Below are positions 57,901 through 64,000 of a stretch of DNA of 64,000 bases, in pieces. The DNA comes from the human T2T-CHM13v2.0 reference genome, Homo sapiens: NCBI RefSeq assembly GCF_009914755.1, contig NC_060932.1. One strand, given 5' to 3'. A program made the translations under genes and the position numbers. The notes beneath the pieces were generated by a model that ran no database searches, was not told the DNA's origin, and saw only the letters and a list, made by a program, of their open reading frames with translations. Numbering within the stretch: the first letter of the stretch is position 1; each line of letters begins with the position of its first letter.

Positions 57901-60900
57901 TCCACTAATATTTTAAAAATTGAATTCATAGTTTAAAATTTTTTCCTAAAGAAAACTCCAAGTCCAGTTGGTTTTATTACTGATTTATTTCAAACATTTA
58001 AGAAATACATAATGCCAACATTAGACAAACTCTTTCAAAAGAGTAGGAAACCAGTAAGGTACAAGAAAATAAAATCATAGACAAATAATCCTCAGGAATA
58101 TAAATGCAAAAATTCTTAACAAATTGAATTAGCAGCCAGCAAATCAAATTTAGTCATCATAAAGAAGATAATGTACCATGGCTAAGTGGGGCTTACCACA
58201 AGAATGCTAGGCTAGTTTAATATTTTGAAAATCAATCAATATAGTTTGTCATATGTACAGAGTTAAGGAGAAAAATAATTTGATCATCTCAATAACTGCA
58301 GAAAAAATAATTGTTAAAATTTAACATTTTATAATTAAAATTCTCAGCAGACTAGGAATCAAAGGAAACTTTAAACTTAGACAAAACCCTTTTAAGAAAA
58401 TCCTTTAACTAACATCACACTTAAAGGTGAAAGACCAAATGCTTTCTCTCCAAAATCAAGAACAAGGCAAGAGTATTGACTCTTACAACTTACAGCCAAC
58501 ATTGTACTGGAGGCCCTATCCTGTGAAATAAGACAAGTAAAGTAAAGATAACTTATAAAAAATGGAAAAGAAGAAGTAAAATAATCTCTACTTACAAATA
58601 AATAAATTCCTAAGGAAGTTACATAAAAACTCGCTTTTAATAAAATATAAACTTTGATCAAAGCCTACAAGGTCAATATACAAAAGTCAATTGTATCTCT
58701 ATATACTAGCTACAAAAAATTTAAAAAACGAAATTCAAGAACTATCACTTACATGATCAGCAAAGAACATAAAATACTTGGTAACAAATTTGACAAAATT
58801 TGTTTAATATCTCTACATATGGACTGGGTGCAGTGGCTTACTCGCATAATCCCAACATTTTGGAAAGCTGAGGCAGGAGGCTCACTTGAGGCCAAGAGTT
58901 TACAACCTGCCTGGGCAACAGAAGCGAGACTTCATCTCTTAAAAAAAAAATAATAGCCAGGTGTGGTGGCATGCACCTGTAGCCCCAGCTACTCTGGAGG
59001 CTGAGACAAGAGGATTGCTTGAGCCCAAAATGTCAAGGCTCCAGTAAGCCAAAATCATGCCACTTCACTCCAGCCTGGGCAACAGGCTGAGATTCTGTCT
59101 TAAAAAATAAAGTAAACAAATCTCTACATATAAAGTTAAAAAGCATTGCTGAAAGAAATTTTTAAAAGCCAGACTAAATGGCGATATATACCATGTTCAT
59201 GGATGATATATCTCTGTACCCAAATTGATCTATAGTCAATGTAATCCCAAACAAAATTCCAGCATGTATTGTTTTGATTTTTGGTTTTTTGGTAGAAATT
59301 GAGAAGCTGACGATAAAATGTACATGAAAATGCAAAGGACATAAAATAGTAATGCAAAATAAAACAAGAATATCTTGAAAAAAAAAGAACCAATTTGGAG
59401 GACTTACATTGCTTGTTACTATAAAGATATTATAATCAAGACAGTGTGGTATTGATGTAAAGACAGGCAGATAGTCAAATGGAATAGAACAGAGTCAGAG
59501 ATGAATTTAATAATAGTCAATTGCATTTTTACAAAGGCACCAGAAGAAATGAATGGGGAAGAAATTCTTAAAAAATGGTGCTGGAACAATTGGATATCCA
59601 TATGGGAAAAAAATATATCTTGATGTTTACCTCATCATATACACAAAAATTAATTTGAGATGGATCAAGACCTAAATATAAAAGTAAAAATTACAGAGCC
59701 TCTAGATAAAGGAAAATACTATCATGAACTTGGAATGACAAAGTTTTCTTAGCTAAAACAAGAAAAACATTAACCATAAAAAATTGATAAGCTGGATTTT
59801 ATCCAAATTAAAATCTGCTTATTAATAGGTCTATTTAAGTAAATGATAAGGTATGTTACACATTCGGAGAAAATATTTGACAAATAATTTATAAATAGAA
59901 TATGTAAATATCTCTTGCATCTCAGTAATAAGAAGATAGTCCACAAAAAAAGGTGAAATGTTTAAACAGATACTTCACAGAAGAATATGTAACATGTGTA
60001 AAGATGGTCAGCATTTACAACTATCAGGTGACCAAGGAAATGCAAATTAAAACCACTACACTCATAATAGAATAGTTAAAATTAAGAAAACCATACCAAG
60101 TGTTGGCAAGGATGTAAAGCAACTGAAACTCTCATACATTGTTATAGGGAATGTAAAATTATGTAACCACTTTGTTTTTTTCTTTAGTTTTCCTGTTCCC
60201 TTCTTTTCACAGGTATTGATAGATAACTACTTTGAAAAACAGTTTGGTCATTTCTTAAAAAGTTAAACAAACACCTCTCAAATAGTCTAGCCATTCTACT
60301 CCTAGGAATTTACCCAAGAGAAATAAAAACATAGATCCAAAAAATTATTGTACAAGAATATTCATAGATTTGTTTATAATTAGCCAGAAACTAAAAAAAC
60401 AAAAAACAAAAAAAACACACAAAAAACAAATGTCGATCATCAGGAGAATGGATAAACAAGTTGCGGCATACCCACAGTCAAAAGGAATAAGTAACATTAG
60501 ACACAAAAATATGGATGAATCTCAAAAAACAAAATGTGCTGACTGAGAGAAGCCATACAAAAAAAGGGTACATCATGTGTAATTCCATTTATGTAAAATT
60601 CTAGAAGAGGCAAAACCAATATAGCGTGGTAGAAATGAGATTGTAACCTAGGGCAGAAGTGGTGTAATTGACTGTAAAGAAGCATAAGGAAATCTTCTGA
60701 GGTGAGAGAAATGTTCTATATCTTGATTAGGGGTGGTGGTTACACACACAGGTGTGTGCATTTGTCAAGACTTGCCAAATTATGCCCAATAATATGTGTG
60801 CCTTTTTTGTATATAAACTATACATTATAGAATCATAAAACTAATTTAAAAACAACTAGAATATAATATTTTACTCAGTAGAATAAACTTAAACAGACAT

Positions 60901-63070
60901 AAAAAGTCAAATATTAGGATTTTCCTGGTAGGAGTATGAAATGGTAGAACCTCTTTGGAAAACTGTTTGGCTTCTTATGAAGGTAAACACCCATCTACCA
61001 GATGACTCAGCATTTCCACTCCTAGGTATTTGCCCAAGAGAAAGAAAAACATAGTCTACAAAAACACTTGTACAAAAACACTCATACCAACTTTACTCAT
61101 ATTTGCCCCAAACTGGAAACAGCCCATATATCCATCAACAGGAGAATGGGTAAGTAAATTGTGGTATTTTCATGAAATGTGACACTATGAAGAAAGAGGA
61201 GGAGGAGAACAGGGAAGAGAAGGAAGAAGAAGAAAAACAGGAAAGAGGAGAACGACAATAAAATATAAGGAATGACATGAAAAAAACTCAAAAACTATGT
61301 AATGAAGAAAAGAAGCTAGACACAAAGAGAATCGTATAGTATGATTCCATTTATGTTAAATTTTATAAAAGGCAAAGCTACTCTGTGATGCTAAAAATAA
61401 AAATAGTCCTTGCCTCACGTTGTGCAGGGAAGAGCAAGAGCTGATAGAAAAAAACATATGTTTTTGCTGTCATGAAAATGGTCTCTATGTTAACAGGTGG
61501 GTGATTTAGACAGGTATCTACATTTGGTAAAACATATCAAACAACACACATGATCTGTGCATTTCATTAAATATAAAGTAAAACTCAACTTTAAAAAAAG
61601 TCATAAAAATAGAAATTCACTTCCAAATGCTCATGAGCCAAAAAAGAAGCAATAAAAATTAGTTTAAATAAATATAGAAAACATTTTCAAACTATTTTAT
61701 AATGAAAATAAGTAGAGGAATGTGGCTGAGGCAGCAACTGGAGAGAAAATTAATAGCCTTGAACATCCATATTAGAAACAGAAGTCTGGGTGCTGTGGCC
61801 CACGCCTGTAATCCCAGCACTCTGGAAGGCTAAGGCAGGAGGATCACTTGAGGCCAGAGTTCTAGACCAGCCTGGGTAACATAGGGAGATCCCATCTCTA
61901 CAAAAAATAATAATAATTTGCTAGGCATTGTGGTACATACCTATAGTCCCAGCTACTTGGGAGGCTGAGGGAGGAGTTCAAGGTTACAGTGAGCTATGAT
62001 TGTGCCACTGCCCTCCAGCCTGGGCAACAGAGCAAGGCTGTGTCAAAAAAAAAAAAAAAGGAAAAGGAAAAGAAGAAAAGCTAAAATAAATGAATTAAAT
62101 GAATTCAGTGTTCAACTTAAGAAGTTTGGCCGGATGCAATATCACTTATAGTCCCAGCTACTCAAGAGGCTGAAGCAGGAGGATCTGCTTAAGCTCAGGA
62201 ATTTGAGGCTGCAGGGAGTTCTGATTGCATCTGTGAATAGTCACTACACTCCAGCCTGGGCAACATAGTGAGACACTTCTCTAAAAAAAAATTTTAATTA
62301 ATGTAAAAAAAAAGTTTAAAGAAGTGTACCAGAACACACACAAAGAAAGTAGAAAGGAAATAATAAAGGGTAGAAATCAGTGAAATGGAAAAAAGAAAGT
62401 TTAGAATGGAGAGGACCTGGAAAGCCAAAAGTTCCACACCCTCTTCTTCAGGTAACAACAACAAACCCTATGCAATATTGATCAAGAAAATGAAAAAAGT
62501 CATAAGTACAGAATATTAGCAATGGAAAAGGTGACATTAAAAGGAAATATTATGAAAATTTGACACCAATAATTTTGAAAACTTAGATGAAACAAACAAA
62601 TTCATAGGAAAACATAACTCACCAAAACTGACTTAATAAGTAGAAAACCTGAATAGGTCTGAAACCATTCAAGAAATTGAATCAGTGGTTTAAATATTCC
62701 CACAAGGAAAGCAACAGGTCCACATAGAAAGACCTACAAGCAAATCCTACCAAAACACTCAAAGAAGTCAAAACTCCAATCCAACACAAACTCTTCCTGA
62801 GAACTGAAAAAATAGAACTCATCCTCTAACTTAATTTATAAGAACAGAAAATCCTGTTACCCAAAGCAGAAAAGAAAATACCTAAATAGATGCAGAAAGG
62901 GCATTTAGTAAATTGAGCATGCATTTACAGTTTTTGAAAAGTCTTATCAAACTAGGAATAAAAGGGAACTTTTAGATCTAATAAATAGTATGTACCCAAA
63001 ATGCCCACATCTTTCAGAAAGCTGAAGCAGTGGAAGTATTCTATTTAAGAGAACCAGACATGACCTGCCC
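54960..63070 (+). mobile_element. Cluster of old L1M fragments (repeated ORF2 segments, 3' ends) with inserted Alus (~56287, ~58822-59110, ~61785-62060, ~62128-62290)
   Basis: A-rich sense strand with L1 ORF2-like text recurring at ~55000, ~57000 and ~61600, and 3'UTR-like text at ~60300-61600. Confidence 0.85.
57213..57316 (+). pseudogene. U6 snRNA retropseudogene inserted in an L1
   Basis: cagcagcacgtagactaatattggaacgatacagagattagc...gacatgcaaattcaggaagtcttccttttt aligns to full-length U6, including the ACAGAGA box. Flanked by direct repeat AATCCACA (57204-57211 / 57317-57324). Confidence 0.92.
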
Positions 63071-63541
63071 CCGTTATGATGCAGTGGAAAGTACACAACA
63101 CCACCTATGAAGTTGATTTGTCAAAAAAAGAAAGAAAACAAAAGAAAATCACCCTACGTGTAATCAAGCCTCTAGACCTATCTTCAGTTTAGAGGCAAGA
63201 GCTCCAAAGAAAGAAACATGTTAAACAACACCATTTTTATGACTGGGGAGGTGCTGCCCAGTCAAACCCAGTAAAATCCAGTTTCTCCAACAAATAAACA
63301 CATGAGGTGGGGGGGAAATGTGTACAGAGGATGTTAAAGATTAAAAGACACTTAAAGTTAATCCTCAAATAAAAGTTTGTTGAAAAAAGAGGACTGAAGA
63401 GATACATCAACCAAATGCAATGTGCGGACTGTGTTTGAATCTTAATTAAACAAAGCAAATTATAAATAAAAGCTTTTTTAAGAAAATCATAGAAATTTGA
63501 ATGCAGGTTTTATTATTAGATTATGTTAAGAAATTATTGTT

Positions 63542-63840
63542 GCTGGGCGTGGTGGCTCATGCCTGTAACCCCAGTGCTTTGAGAGGCTGAGGTGGGAGGA
63601 TTCCTTGACCCCAGGAGTTAGAGACTAGCCAGGGCAACATAGGGAGGCCCCTTCTCTACAAAAAAGGAAAAAATTAGCCAGGTGTGGTGGCGCACAGCTG
63701 TAGTTGTCCCAGCTACTTAGGAGGCTGAAGTGGGAGGACCGTTTGAGCCTGGGAGGTCGAGGCTGCAGTGAGCTATAATTGTGCCACTGCACTCCAGCCT
63801 CAGCAACAGAGTGAGACTCTGTCTCTTAAAAAAAAAAATA
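63542..63840 (+). mobile_element. AluJ
   Basis: Dimeric Alu with A-tail. Confidence 0.88.
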
Positions 63841-64000
63841 CATACATACATATATATGTAAACTTTAAAGACAAAAAATAATAATACTACAAAGAAGTAT
63901 TTTAGTAAGAAACAAGGAGGACACAAGGCTTCCCTGTTCACTATCATGGGGCCTCCTGGGGGGCCAGGCTGCTGGTTCAACCATCTACACCGCACCTCCC

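Overview
This is human genomic DNA, not microbial. It is Alu/L1/LTR-rich and carries a human-specific AluYb8. The window holds the complete SCARA3 gene (scavenger receptor class A member 3, CSR; known locus 8p21) on the + strand. I reconstructed six GT-AG exons by hand (11558-11564, 27064-27162, 28870-28989, 34144-34242, 35858-36901, 48280-48731). They give a 1821-nt, 606-aa type II membrane protein with a cytoplasmic tail, TM helix, coiled coil and 49 Gly-X-Y triplets, and no SRCR domain. An alternative last exon (53950-53981) gives a 466-aa collagen-less form. The rest is a CpG-island promoter, introns and transposon relics (MaLR, ERVL, ERV1, hAT/Tigger, L1, Alu), plus a U6 pseudogene and several tandem repeats. 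I found no new multi-gene system. The most interesting observations are: (1) the p53 element in intron 2 appears to sit inside a hAT-Blackjack (MER81-like) transposon; (2) the isoform-2 last exon lies between terminal-inverted-repeat-like ends; (3) a ~200-bp inverted, templated insertion with a palindromic junction interrupts an Alu; (4) a CRISPR-looking repeat/spacer array has grown out of an MLT2 LTR; (5) a 48-bp self-hairpinning tandem repeat; (6) exon 5 could form a stop-free circular RNA. Repeat family names come from recalled consensus sequences, and repeat boundaries are approximate.
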